64,000 nt of DNA, taken from positions 310,001 through 374,000 of the forward strand of contig NIVC01000753.1 in NCBI GenBank assembly GCA_002269645.1, given 5' to 3'. Shown here piece by piece: positions 1 through 13,350 of this stretch (within the stretch, counting starts at the first letter, position 1; every line of letters starts with the position of its first letter). The DNA comes from Macrostomum lignano (lineage: Eukaryota). The position numbers and the translations under genes are program-made. The notes under the pieces are model-generated. The model was not told the origin of the DNA, did no database searches, and saw nothing but the letters and a program-made list of their open reading frames with translations.

Positions 1-1
1 T

Positions 2-2386
<2,385 letters not shown>

Positions 2387-3334
2387 GGCCGGCTGCATAG
2401 CTGATTACATCCTTGTGTACAGTACTCAGTTAGTTAGTCCTTTGCCCTCGCGCCTCCGTGATTTTGTAGATTCATTTGTCTCACATGAAAATTGAAGTTA
2501 AATCCTTAATTATTGACGATTGATAAATTGTATTCCTTTGATCCTTGCCGTCTCTAAACTAACTTGCTTACATATTGACTATTAACTCTATTTTTGTACT
2601 TTAATGATTTCGCGTTTTTTTATTGAACGGTGTTTCCTTGCGCATCAATACACTCTTCACTCGCTAGTTCTTGATTTCGTTGCAAACGTGAATTTAAGAA
2701 ATTTACTATTGTCCGATCCATACTACTCATGCAAGGCATTCAGTAGTATCAGTGACAATATCTACATAGAATTTCGTGTCAATTCAACACTGCAAGTATC
2801 CAATAGATGTCTACTCAATGATGTAACATATTTTCTATTTTTCAATTCACTTTATTATTTTTTTGAGTTCATTAGTTGACATCTCACTCGTTACTAACTA
2901 TTTATTATAAATTATATCATTCGTTAATTCAATTCTCAGTTATATTTTCACTTGTCAATGGGGTACAGTTGTTAATCTGTGTAATATATACCTGCATACA
3001 AAAAATGACTTACTCGTGATAATAAGTAATGATGCTTACTATAGCTTGCAAATAATAGTCGCCTATTTACTAAAGTTCAGCGCCTCCTTACTTTTTTGAC
3101 GTCCCTTCTATATATATATATATTCTAATTGTGTGCAGATAAGTTTTTTGTTAATCTATTTTATTGGCTGATTAAATATGTTTATTATTTACCTTATTAA
3201 ACTAAAAAAATTAATTTCAATGCAATTCTGCATATACACACGGCCAGTGTCTACTAAGTCTTCTGTTTCGCTTATGATTTATTAAAGTGCTCGCACTCTT
3301 CATTTTCATCACATATAGTGCTTGCATAAAATTG

Positions 3335-4530
3335 AGGGTGTTTAGATTCTATCGAATGAGTGTTTAGATTCTATCGAATGGGATGTTTAGATTCTATCTA
3401 ATGGGTGTTTAGATTCCATCTAATGAGTGTTTAGATTCTATCGAATGGGATGTTTAGATTCTATCGAACGGGGTGTTTAGATTCTATCTAATGAGTGTTT
3501 GGATTCTATCTAATGGGGTGTTTAGATTCTATCGAACAGGGTGTTTAGATTCCATCTAATGAGTGTTTAGATTCTATCGAATGGGATGTTTAGATTCTAT
3601 CGAACGGGGTGTTTAGATTCTATCTAATGAGTGTTTGGATTCTATCTAATGGGGTGTTTAGATTCTATCGAATAGGGTGTTTAGATTCTATAGAATGGGT
3701 GTTTGGATTCTATCTAATGGGGTGTTTAGATTCTATCGAACAGGGTGTTTAGATTCTATAGAATGGGTGTTTGGATTCTATCTAATGGGGTGTTTAGATT
3801 CTATCGAACAGGGTGTTTAGATTCTATAGAATGGGTGTTTAGATTCTATCGAATAGGGCGTTTAGATTCTATCGAATGGGGTGTTTAGAATCTATCGAAT
3901 GGGGTGTTTAGATTCTATCGAACAGGGTGTTTAGATTCTATCGAATGAGTGTTTAGATTCTATAGAATAGGTGTTTAGATTCTATCTAATGGGTGTTTAG
4001 ATTCCATCTAATGAGTGTTTAGATTCTATCGAATTGGATGTTTAGATTCTATCGAATGGGATGTTTAGATTCTATCTAATGAGTGTTTGGATTCTATCTA
4101 ATGGGGTGTTTAGATTCTATCGAATAGGGTGTTTAGATTCTATAGAATGGGTGTTTGGATTCTATCTAATGGGGTGTTTAGATTCTATCGAACAGGGTGT
4201 TTAGATTCTATAGAATGGGTGTTTAGATTCTATCGAATAGGGCGTTTAGATTCTATCGAATGGGGTGTTTAGAATCTATCGAATGGGGTGTTTAGATTCT
4301 ATCGAACAGGGTGTTTAGATTCTATAGAATGGGTGTTTAGATTCTATCGAATAGGGTGTTTAGATTCTATCGAATAGGTGTTTAGATTCTATCGAATAGG
4401 GTGTTTAGATTCTATCGAATAGGTGTTTAGATTCTATCGAATGAGTGTTTAGATTCTTTCAGATGGGGTGTTTCGATTCTATCGAATGAGTGTTTAGATT
4501 CTTTCAAATGGGTGTTTAGATTCTATTAAA
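3335..4530. repeat. 21-22 bp minisatellite GTGTTTAGATTCTATCGAATGG
   Basis: More than 50 tandem units between PPP2R5 and MRPS5. Confidence 0.97.
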
Positions 4531-4664
4531 TATGGTTTTTAAATTGGGTATTTCGATTTTCAAATCGGGTGTTTAGGTTTTACTGAATATGGTTTTTAAT
4601 TCTATTGTATCGTAAGATCCTACTTAAGGCCTGTTATGTTAATATCGCTATTGCAGCCGGTGAA

Positions 4665-6162
4665 ATGCTCCGCTCGCTGAGCACAGCATTGAGCAGCCTT
4701 GTATCCCGAGCCTCGGCACCCTCAGCCGGCGCATTCAGTGCAGTTAAACAGTCCAGTTTAGTGCTAAGCCGCTGCTCCAGCGTCTTCACTCGCAACCTGT
4801 ACGACTCCGACCGCCTGTGGATCGGTGTCACCGGCGCGCCCGGCCAGAAGAAAAAGCGAAGCCGAGGCAAGCGCCGGGTCACCCGGCCCCGTATTGACTT
4901 GAACCGGGGCCAGCAGCTGGGCGTGAACACCCAGGGCCTGGTCATCCCGGTGCTGCAGGGCCGCCTCACAGACAGCAAAGGCCTGCTGAAACGCCCGGAG
5001 CCTGGCCAGTTCGACATGGAGAAATACAATGAAAGAATTCTGGAGATGCGAAACAAGCAGGGCAAGAAGCGGGGCAGGTTGAAGCAGCCGCCTCTGCTGC
5101 GCGGCTGGTCCGGCGGTCAGGTGGGTGTCTGTTTTCTATGTCAAGACCTAACTAGGCTGTATATGTAGCTGTAGAGCCCATACATTCAATTGACTCGTGA
5201 GTTAAACTTGCACATAACTAAATCCAGTCTAGCTGGCAAATGTCTAGCTGAATAATCTCCAGTTGGCAAATTTATAGCAGGCAAATATCTAGCTGGTAAA
5301 TTTCAAGCTGGAAATGTCTAGCTGAATCATCTCTAGCTGGCAAATGTCTAGCTGAATAATCTCCAGTTGGCAAATTTATAGCAGGCAAATATCTAGCTGG
5401 TAAATTTCAAGCTGGAAATGTCTAGCTGAATAATCTCTAGCTGGCAAATGTCTAGCTGAATAATCTCTAGCTGGCAAATGTCTAGCTGAATAATCTCTAG
5501 CTGGCAAATGTCTAGCTGAATAATCTCTAGCTGGCAAATGTCTAGCTGGTAAATTTCAAGCTGAAAATGTCTAGCTGGCAAATATCGCTATCCCAAATGG
5601 CCCATCCAGTTATTACTATAGTAACTACAGTACTATAGTTGCAACTTAAAGGGATAGGGCAGTCAATAAACACCCTCGCGCCGCAACCCCGCAGATGGGC
5701 GGCCAGCGGATCGAGCCGCCGCAGCCGGTGCTGGACTACGCGTTCGACGGATTCGAATCGCGAATCGTGGAGTTTCGAATGGTGTCGCACATGACGGCCA
5801 CGTTCGGCCGCTACCCCAGCTTCTCGGTCATGGTGGTCACCGGCAACCGGCGCGGCCTGGGTGGCTACGCGGTCAGCAAGTCGCCTAACAGACAGGCCGC
5901 CCTGCGCAAAGCCAACAGCAGGGCTGGCCAGCGGCTGGAGTTCTTTGATTTGCGCGACGGCGGCCGGACTCTGTGGCATCCGGGATACGCTAAGCACCTG
6001 GCCACTAGCGTGGTGGCCCTGCCCAAGGAGCCCGGCTACGGCCTACGCTGCCACCGGCTCATCAAGGAGGTCTGCCGGGTCATCGGCATTGAGGATCTGT
6101 ACGCTAAGGTCAGGACTGTCTGCCTGTCTAGTATCTATCTATCTATCTATCTATCTATCTAA

Positions 6163-6206
<44 letters not shown>

Positions 6207-6776
6207 ATCTATCCATCCAGCCACCGTAAGTGCTCTGTTGCAGCCATCGTGATACCCCTCCCTCTCCCCCCACAACCTCAGGTGGAAGGCAGCGTCAACT
6301 ACAAGGCCATCATGCGCGCCTTCTTTCGCATCCTACGCCAGCAGGAATCGTTTCAGCACCTGGCCGATCGGGAGCGCCTGCACGTTGTCGAATTCGTCGG
6401 CGATCGGCCACGGGTGCTCGCCTCACCCTCTGATGGTCAGGTGCGCGGCGCCGACAGCGGCTCCGAGGACGCCTCGGACGACGTAGACTCGGACGGCGCT
6501 GAACGGCTGCGGGACCTGGCCACCTACTACATGGGCGGCCGGCTGCTGCAGCTTAAGCGCCGATCGCCGCCGGCCTACCTGAAAGGCCCCGGCCAGACCA
6601 AGCGCCGCCGGGAACGGGCCAAATTTCGCAACCAGCTGGCCGCCTTCCGCGAGCGCTGCATGCTGACCGACCTGCGGCCGGAGGTGGCCCAGCCGCCGCC
6701 GAAATATCAGCCTGGCATGCTGGGTCTCCGGCAGAGCTTCTACGTTGGCAAGGAGGCCGAATCCGCTGCCGCTTGA
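4665..6776 (+). CDS. MRPS5: Mitochondrial ribosomal protein S5 (uS5m); exons 4665-5120, 5695-6108, 6282-6776
   Basis: Arg/Ser/Leu/Ala-rich targeting-type N-terminus, RIDLNRGQQLG, RGWSGGQ|MGG, S5 core SVMVVTGNRRGLGGYA...GYGLRCHRLIKEVCRVIGIEDLYAK|VEGSVN; all phase-0 GT-AG introns. Confidence 0.92.
5225..5585. repeat. 30 bp (2x15) minisatellite CTAGCTGGCAAATGTCTAGCTGAATAATCT
   Basis: Tandem array in MRPS5 intron 1. Confidence 0.93.
6132..6212. repeat. (CTAT)n microsatellite
   Basis: Tandem array in MRPS5 intron 2. Confidence 0.95.
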
Positions 6777-7074
6777 TTTAGCAACCGAATTTTTCCACAC
6801 ATGTTTTATGCTACTTCCCATTCAGTAGCAAGTGCTAGAAATTTGTAGCTATTTTCCCCAACCAGATACTAAGATAACTAGTTGAGCCGCCAGTTAGTAT
6901 GATGACTCGATTAGGTTTTGAACCCAAAAAAGCTTGTAGACGTAAACAACTTTCTAATTGGTTCATCCATAATATTGTACATTAGCCAGCACCACTGCAA
7001 TGTGCATATCATAGCAGTTCTAGGCTGGAATACCAAGGAAGGCAATAAAAATTTAGGCGGCGGGGTGGAAGGGT

Positions 7075-7225
7075 GGAAGGGAGAGAGAATCACGTGACAC
7101 ACTTTGTTATCAGCGCGGGAACAATGTACATTAGCCAGTGCGGCAAGATAATGTACATGGCAGCTTTACCCCCTCCCCCACCCCAAGTCAGGACGGCCGG
7201 CAATAAAATTGGGGGCAGAGAAATA
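7075..7225. repeat. Dispersed repeat family X, copy 1 (partial)
   Basis: GAGAGAATCACGTGACAC...TTATCAG...ACAATGTACAT...TGTACATGGCAGCTT...GGCAATAAAATTGG shared with 37010-37290 and 43820-44110. Confidence 0.7.
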
Positions 7226-8129
7226 TATAATAAAAAGTCTGAAAGGATGATACTACTGAATTGAAAGTAGCTTAAGAACATATGCACTCTAAAAATGGCA
7301 TGTGTGAGTCGTGAGACTCAGTGCTTTTGCTACATGGCGCTGCTAGTCTAAGAGCAGCCGATTCACCAGCCTCCCAATGCGCGTTGATAAGTTTCATCTT
7401 TAGTTCATTGGTTAGTTGTTAATTTATCGAATTTGCATTCTATAATATTTAAAATAAAGCAGATGCAATCGCAGTACTAGTATTGTAACAGATTACTAGT
7501 TGCAGAAAAAGAAGTATCATGTCAGTTTGAGGACGATTTCTTTCTTTATTTCAGTTCAAACCGCATGCTGCTAATTGTTAGGCTGAGTAGTATGTAGTAA
7601 GGGTAAAAAATTATTTTTTGATTTTTTATGAACGTGCTAAACTACTCGTAAGATACAGGAACGGTTCACTTGAATTAATTTCGAAGTAATTCTTCGAAAG
7701 TTCAGATTAGAAATGTACAAATCTTTGTGAAGTGCTATACATCTTCGTAAGACAACTGAAGCAGAAGACCGCTGCATCGCAAGGTGCACTCACAGCTTTG
7801 CACTCGAAATTTCGCAAAAAATTGCTGTTTCGCACAGCGCTGTTTAGGATTTGGCCATAGACAAATCCGTCTGGAAAAAAAACACCACAGAGACAGGAGC
7901 AGCTGCAATTTTTCGGAACTTTGCTTGCTTGCCCGTCTCCGGGTAGCATTTTAAAAATAATAGCTTGATAACCTTGTGAGTGCACCTCGAGCAGAATTAG
8001 TGCTAACAGTCTGAAAAATTTCAACTGGCTTTTAGCGAAATGTATATTTTTTTACTGTCAGAGGTCCCTCAAGAAGATTGCTTTTGCTCATAAATTGGTC
8101 CAAGGGAGAGTCACTATCGTTATTAGCGG

Positions 8130-9095
8130 CTAATCGGCATCCGCCTCGGCTTCGATGATCGCCGAGCTAATCTCTTGGTACTTTTCCAACGACAGGAAGC
8201 CGCTAATGACCAAGCCCTCCAAGGTCTTGAGTTCGCGTCGCGCGTCCTCCGGCAGGCTGTCGGGAATCTGCCCGAATGCTGGCAGCTCCGTGACTGAAGC
8301 TGTTGGGCACCTGGAGATTGCGTTTTTGAGGGGTCAGTTAGCGAGTTGCAGTCTGCGCATTCAATCCTGATTCTTAAGGCCGCCACCCTTCCAGTTCGTA
8401 TCAGGGGCGTAGCCAGGGGGAGGGCAAAGTGGGCTGCGCCTCCTATGATAGCTAAGCTGGCAAAAATTCACGGCGATTTAGCACCCCCTGGTGCTGGCGC
8501 CCCTGGTGCTGGCGCCCCTTGGTGCTGGCGCCCCTTGGTGCTGGCGCCCCTTGGTGCTGGCGCCCCTTGGTGCTGGCGCCCCTTGGTGCTGGCGCCCCTT
8601 GGTGCTGGCGCCCCTTGGTGCTGGCGCCCCTTGGTGCTGGCGCCCCTTGGTGCTGGCGCCCCTTGGTGCTGGCACCCCGCGTACAATAGTACCCCCAATA
8701 GAAAATCTTGTCTGCGCCCCATGCTCATTATGAGCATAAAAGTCATAGCATTGAATAAACAATGGAACTTATAGATTTATGAGGAAAATATGAAATTGAT
8801 ACTTATTGATCGAGATCCTCTCCGACTCACGTTGCCACTTGTGAGGGGGATCTGAAACTACATTATAGGACATTGTACATGCATCAATAAAACGTTGGCC
8901 AGACCCTTCCGTCGATGTTTGCCGACAATACTTGCTCGACCGTCGACTGCGCGACTCTTCGTTGCTGTCATCGACAGCTGAAATCAGAGCGGTCCCGGCT
9001 GCTGCCGCCTCCGCCGGGCCGATTTCTTGTCGCAGAGGCGGAGTCGTGGGGGTATTGTCTGGCGGTTCTCGGCACAGGCACGGGCCCATGGGCAT
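8130..9095 (-). CDS. Hypothetical protein of about 130 aa; exons 9095-8905, 8851-8831 (21-nt microexon), 8310-8130
   Basis: GT-AG introns with consistent phase 2/2 give an open frame MPMGPCLCREP...STEG|SPSQVAT|CPTASVTELPAFGQIPDSLPEDARRELKTLEGLVISGFLSLEKYQEISSAIIEAEADAD*; GC-rich exon-like composition. Confidence 0.65.
8486..8680. repeat. 16 bp minisatellite GGTGCTGGCGCCCCTT
   Basis: About 11 tandem units in intron 2 of the hypothetical gene. Confidence 0.95.
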
Positions 9096-9344
9096 GTGGA
9101 AATCTAAAATTGTTCATCAGCTCACGAAAGAGTCTATTGAAACGGGAAGACGACTTCTTTTTCATTTTATCCTCCCTATACAATGGAAATTCAGTCAATA
9201 GGAGAGAAACTTCCTTAGAAAGGCAATTGTGCGGAATTTTTCAAAGAGCAATGATTACTTTTTATTTGCCGCAGCTGGCTCGAAAACGGTTGCCTGATTT
9301 TGCCACGTCAAATGAAATGGCTCCCCATCAGATGAAATAGCAAC

Positions 9345-9775
9345 CTGTCAATGAAACGGCGCCTGTCAGATGTAATGGCGCCCTGTCAAATGAAATGGCA
9401 CCCTGTCAAATGAAATGGCACCCTGTCAAATGAAATGGCACCCTGTCAAATGAAATGGCACCCTGTCAAATGAAATGGCACCCTGTCAAATGAAATGGCA
9501 CCCTGTCAAATGAAATAGCGCCCTGTCAAATGAAATAGCGCCCTGTCAAATGAAATGGCGCCCTATCAGATGAAATCGCACTCTTTCAGATGAAATGGAG
9601 CCCTGTCAGATGAAATGGCGCTTGTCAGATGAAATGGCGCCCTATCAGATGAAATCGCACTCTTTCAGATGAAATGGAGCCCTGTCAGATGAAATGGCGC
9701 TTGTCAGATAAAATGGCGCCCTATCAGATGAAATCGCACTCTTTCAGATGAAATAGCGCCCTGTCAGATGAAACG
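9345..9775. repeat. 20 bp minisatellite CCTGTCAAATGAAATGGCAC
   Basis: About 21 tandem units. Confidence 0.95.
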
Positions 9776-10289
9776 GCAGATCACGTGACCTACAATTAAT
9801 AACATTCTATGGCCCTGTATAAATTACAAAATTCTGTGCTAGGTGTCAACTAACTGCCGAGTGCTAACGACCTTGATCATTACACGTGGCCTTGAGTCGA
9901 ACATTCGCTAAAGAGTAGTTGGCCTTACTATACATTACATGTTTCACAGTCACAACACAAGCTTCCGAAACCGAGCTGTGTATTCGGTGAGAAAAAACTA
10001 TACTGGCTAGCAAACTTAATTGGATGCTTTCAGACTCTACAGTTCGTTGTCATGTTGAATTATTTTTACACTCATACACGCTCGCCTGATCCATTTGTTA
10101 GGCTGGCACCCTATATCTGGGCACGTCTATAACTAGCACGCTTCTGTGTGGGTATTGAAGCATATATATATAGCCGAAGAAATACGCTTCCTGGCTTATA
10201 ACTACAGTAAAAAGAAAGTTATAATTTCTTAAGTTATGAAGCAATTAAACGAATAATTGTCATACCAAGAGATGGTCATTGATGAGGGT

Positions 10290-10915
10290 CTGCCGCTGGA
10301 GGATTTCCCACTGAGGGATTTCCAGTGTGAGGGTTTACAGCAGAAGTATTTCCCGTAGGACGATTTCCCGCAGGAGGATTTCCCTTTTGGAGGATTTCCC
10401 GTTGGAGCGTTTCCCTCAGGTGGGTTTCCGTAGGAGCCAGGGTTTATCGCAGAAGGATTTCCCGCAGGAGGATTTCCCGCAGGAGGATTTTCGTATGAGG
10501 ATTTCCCGTAGGAGCTAGGGGTTCCCGTAGCAGGGTCACCCGTTGGAGGATTTCCCGCTGGAGGATTTCCCGTAGGAGCTAGGGGTTCCCGTAGCAGGGT
10601 CTCCCGTTGGAGGATTTCCCGCTGGAGGATTTCCCGTTGGAGGATTTCCCGTTGGAGGATTTCCCGCTGGAGGATTTCCCGCTGGAGGATTTCCCGCTGG
10701 AGGATTTCCCGTTGGAGGATTTCCCGCTGGAGGATTTCCCGCTGGAGGATTTCCCGCTGGAGGATTTCCCGTTGGAGGATTTCCCGCTGGAGGATTTCCC
10801 GTTGGAGGATTTCCCGTCGGTGGGTTTCCCGTAGGAGGATTTCCCGTTGGAGGATTTCCCGCTGGAGGATTTCCCGTCGGTGGGTTTCCCGTAGGAGGAT
10901 CTCCACAAAAGGATT
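10290..10915. repeat. 15 bp minisatellite GGAGGATTTCCCG(C/T)T
   Basis: Tandem array; explains the repetitive ORFs here. Confidence 0.95.
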
Positions 10916-12879
10916 TCCTATATCGCGGCTCTGCATTCCTGTCCAAACCAGTTCCAGCTTGAGTCACATTGGATAATTTTCAACCATTTTTGTTAAACTA
11001 TTATGTATACTATACCACTATTCTAACTTGGCCTGTTTGTTCGAAAGCGTATAATTTACTCACAGCAAATTGATTGCAGTAGACGAAGTTATATAGTTTG
11101 CGAATAATGATGCCCTCTTTGCAGGTGTATGTGTAGCTTGCTAGTCTGTACATGCACTTTTAGCAGAGCTTGAAGCAATTTAGTTGGAATTTAAGTACTA
11201 ATTAGACTTGCAAATTGGAGAAGGCCTATAGTCGTTGCTTGCTTTTTATTTTAAGCTTCTTAAGCTTCAATATCCAGCCTAGGCCAGCTAGCTTATAGGC
11301 CAAGGATGGCTTGCCCAATAGCGAGATACACAGGTAGCTTTTCAACGATTCCTTCATCCTGCACGTGCAATTCCCTCAGGTACAATTATCAATGCATACT
11401 ATGCGTTTTCAATCAATGCAGCTTATTATATCTGAGATTATTGTAACCGCAGATTTCCCAGGGCTCGTGCTCTAGTGGTCCTTGACTAAATACATTTACT
11501 AATATTGTAGTATAAGATATGTCTGGCCTGACGACTGATATACAAAATGAATGCATGCGACTCAATCTATCATAGACTCTATTTATTAAAACGTATATAG
11601 CTACATCAATAAGAACTGAGATCTCTCGGATGATCTTTGCTTTGGTCCATTGCATTTGATAAATATATCAATCATGGCCTGATTCATGTCCGAAACAACT
11701 GAGCAAGGACGTATACTACCTACAAGTAATTTTGTCGCAGAAAAAAAACGGCGACAATGTAAAATTATCTTTCTAAGGTGAAAATACCTGTACTGGAGCT
11801 TACGTGTAGCTTACTACACCATAGAAGTAATGAACTTACAGTGCATACATTTGCATGCTCAATATGTCGTGCCGATATATATATGCTGCCGAGCAAAATT
11901 CTCAACGGCCTGAACTACATTGATAATTTGGGATATTCTGTTCGTCGATCATTTACCCAAAGATACGACGGGCGGTTTTTCTGGCGTCGCTGGCGTCGCA
12001 AGGAGGACAACACTACTCTGCAACGACAGTTCGCTGAGAGAGGCATCAAGTTACTCCAAACATATGACCGAGTAAGTCATGATCAAACCATCTGATCAAA
12101 CTCAATGCCGGAGGAATGATTTCTGACGAATCGGACGCTAACTACCTAAAAACTGCTGAAAACTTGCTGCTGAGCAGACTCCACCCAAGTACGTCAACGA
12201 TAACTTTTGATGGACCAGATCGTGGCGTTCATGAAGGATCAGTACGATATCGCCAGCAATCAATCCCGGAAACTAAACTAACAAGAAGCCAGTGTAACAA
12301 TTGGCCGATCAGGAGCACGTGCTCATACATGCCATGGCTCGTACTAAGGACGACCCGCCGAAGCTGAACGTGTCGATTTAAACTCAACGTGAGGCTCTCA
12401 AAATTGAAGTCGACACTGCAAAGAACGGCAACTTCATCGGTGGATATTTCTGGAAGAGGCTGCCGGCGACACAACTTGCCTGAACTAGGGAATTTAGTCG
12501 GGAAAACGACACTACCTGGTTCATGTGCTGAGTACGACATCCCAACAGTGCACAGTCACACAGGTGCCCCGCTTGAATCTGCTAGGCCGGACTGCCACAA
12601 AGTAGTTGGGAATCTCAATGTATAGTATAAACCAAAGATCATATACACAAGATGGGCACTCATTAACCAATTATGTGACCATAGAAGCTAATGTGAAAAA
12701 TGTGTGCGATCTTGTCGATCCGGAAATTTTTTTGAACATACAAATCTACTCCTCTACTTATATTTAATGAGAATTTTTATCCAAATCTCAAAAATATCGT
12801 CCTGTCCCTATCTACTGAATTATAAATTTAAGCAACCCATGTCGGCTTTTATCGCCGACAAAGGGACGAAACATTTTAT

Positions 12880-13350
12880 TTCTTTCTTCCTTCACTTTGT
12901 GACTCTGCTCACTCGTTCCCGCTTTCAGCCATGGCATTCACCGCCCCTAATCATCCCGCTGAAGCCGGGACCCCGGCAACTGCAGCCGGTGATTCTGGCG
13001 CCTGCAGTGCCGCCCCATCGGCGACAAGCCCGCACGAGCACCTGGGCCCTCCGCAGAGGCCCGACGAGCTCGCAACCAACGCCGCAATGAGCGGCGACGG
13101 CGATAACGGGACATGAGAGAAGGAAGACGGCCACCGGCCACCTGCGAAGAGAGAACCTCGGGAGGGCGAGGGTGCTGACGGGCCAAAAGGAACCACAGCG
13201 ACCCCTGCCCCATCCCGCAGGAAAAAAAACCCCTACTGGTATACCACCCAGCAAACCTGCCATCAGCGCGGTCGGGGCCTTCGGGAACCGCCGGTTCTCT
13301 GGAATATGGTCATCGACGAGGTCCTTCGGGATGCTCGGCTTGACCTCATT
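12880..13350 (+). mobile_element. Internally deleted LINE (LOA/R1/I-like), 5' segment: ORF1-like N-terminus joined to the RT region PVLWNMVIDEVL
   Basis: One frame from ATG 12931 (one TGA at 13114) ends in PVLWNMVIDEVLRDARLDLI and continues into LKVGYADD at 16744 once the intervening insertion is removed. Confidence 0.7.

Noticed and set aside
3335-4530. CRISPR-like appearance of this and other arrays
   Set aside because: Units are contiguous with no unique spacers, no cas genes, and the DNA is eukaryotic
4605-4664. N-terminal extension of MRPS5 in the ORF track
   Set aside because: Non-ATG start in AT-rich sequence upstream of an acceptor-like TTGCAG; ATG 4665 gives a typical targeting peptide
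7950-8024. Signal-peptide-like N-terminus MKFFRLLALILL of ORF 7707-8024
   Set aside because: It starts at TTG rather than ATG, which is unlikely in a eukaryote; only the ATG-initiated part is kept as a weak finding
8400-8490. MITE-like terminus CAGGGGCGTAGCCAG (and CTACGCCTATG near 45810)
   Set aside because: No matching opposite terminus or TSD found
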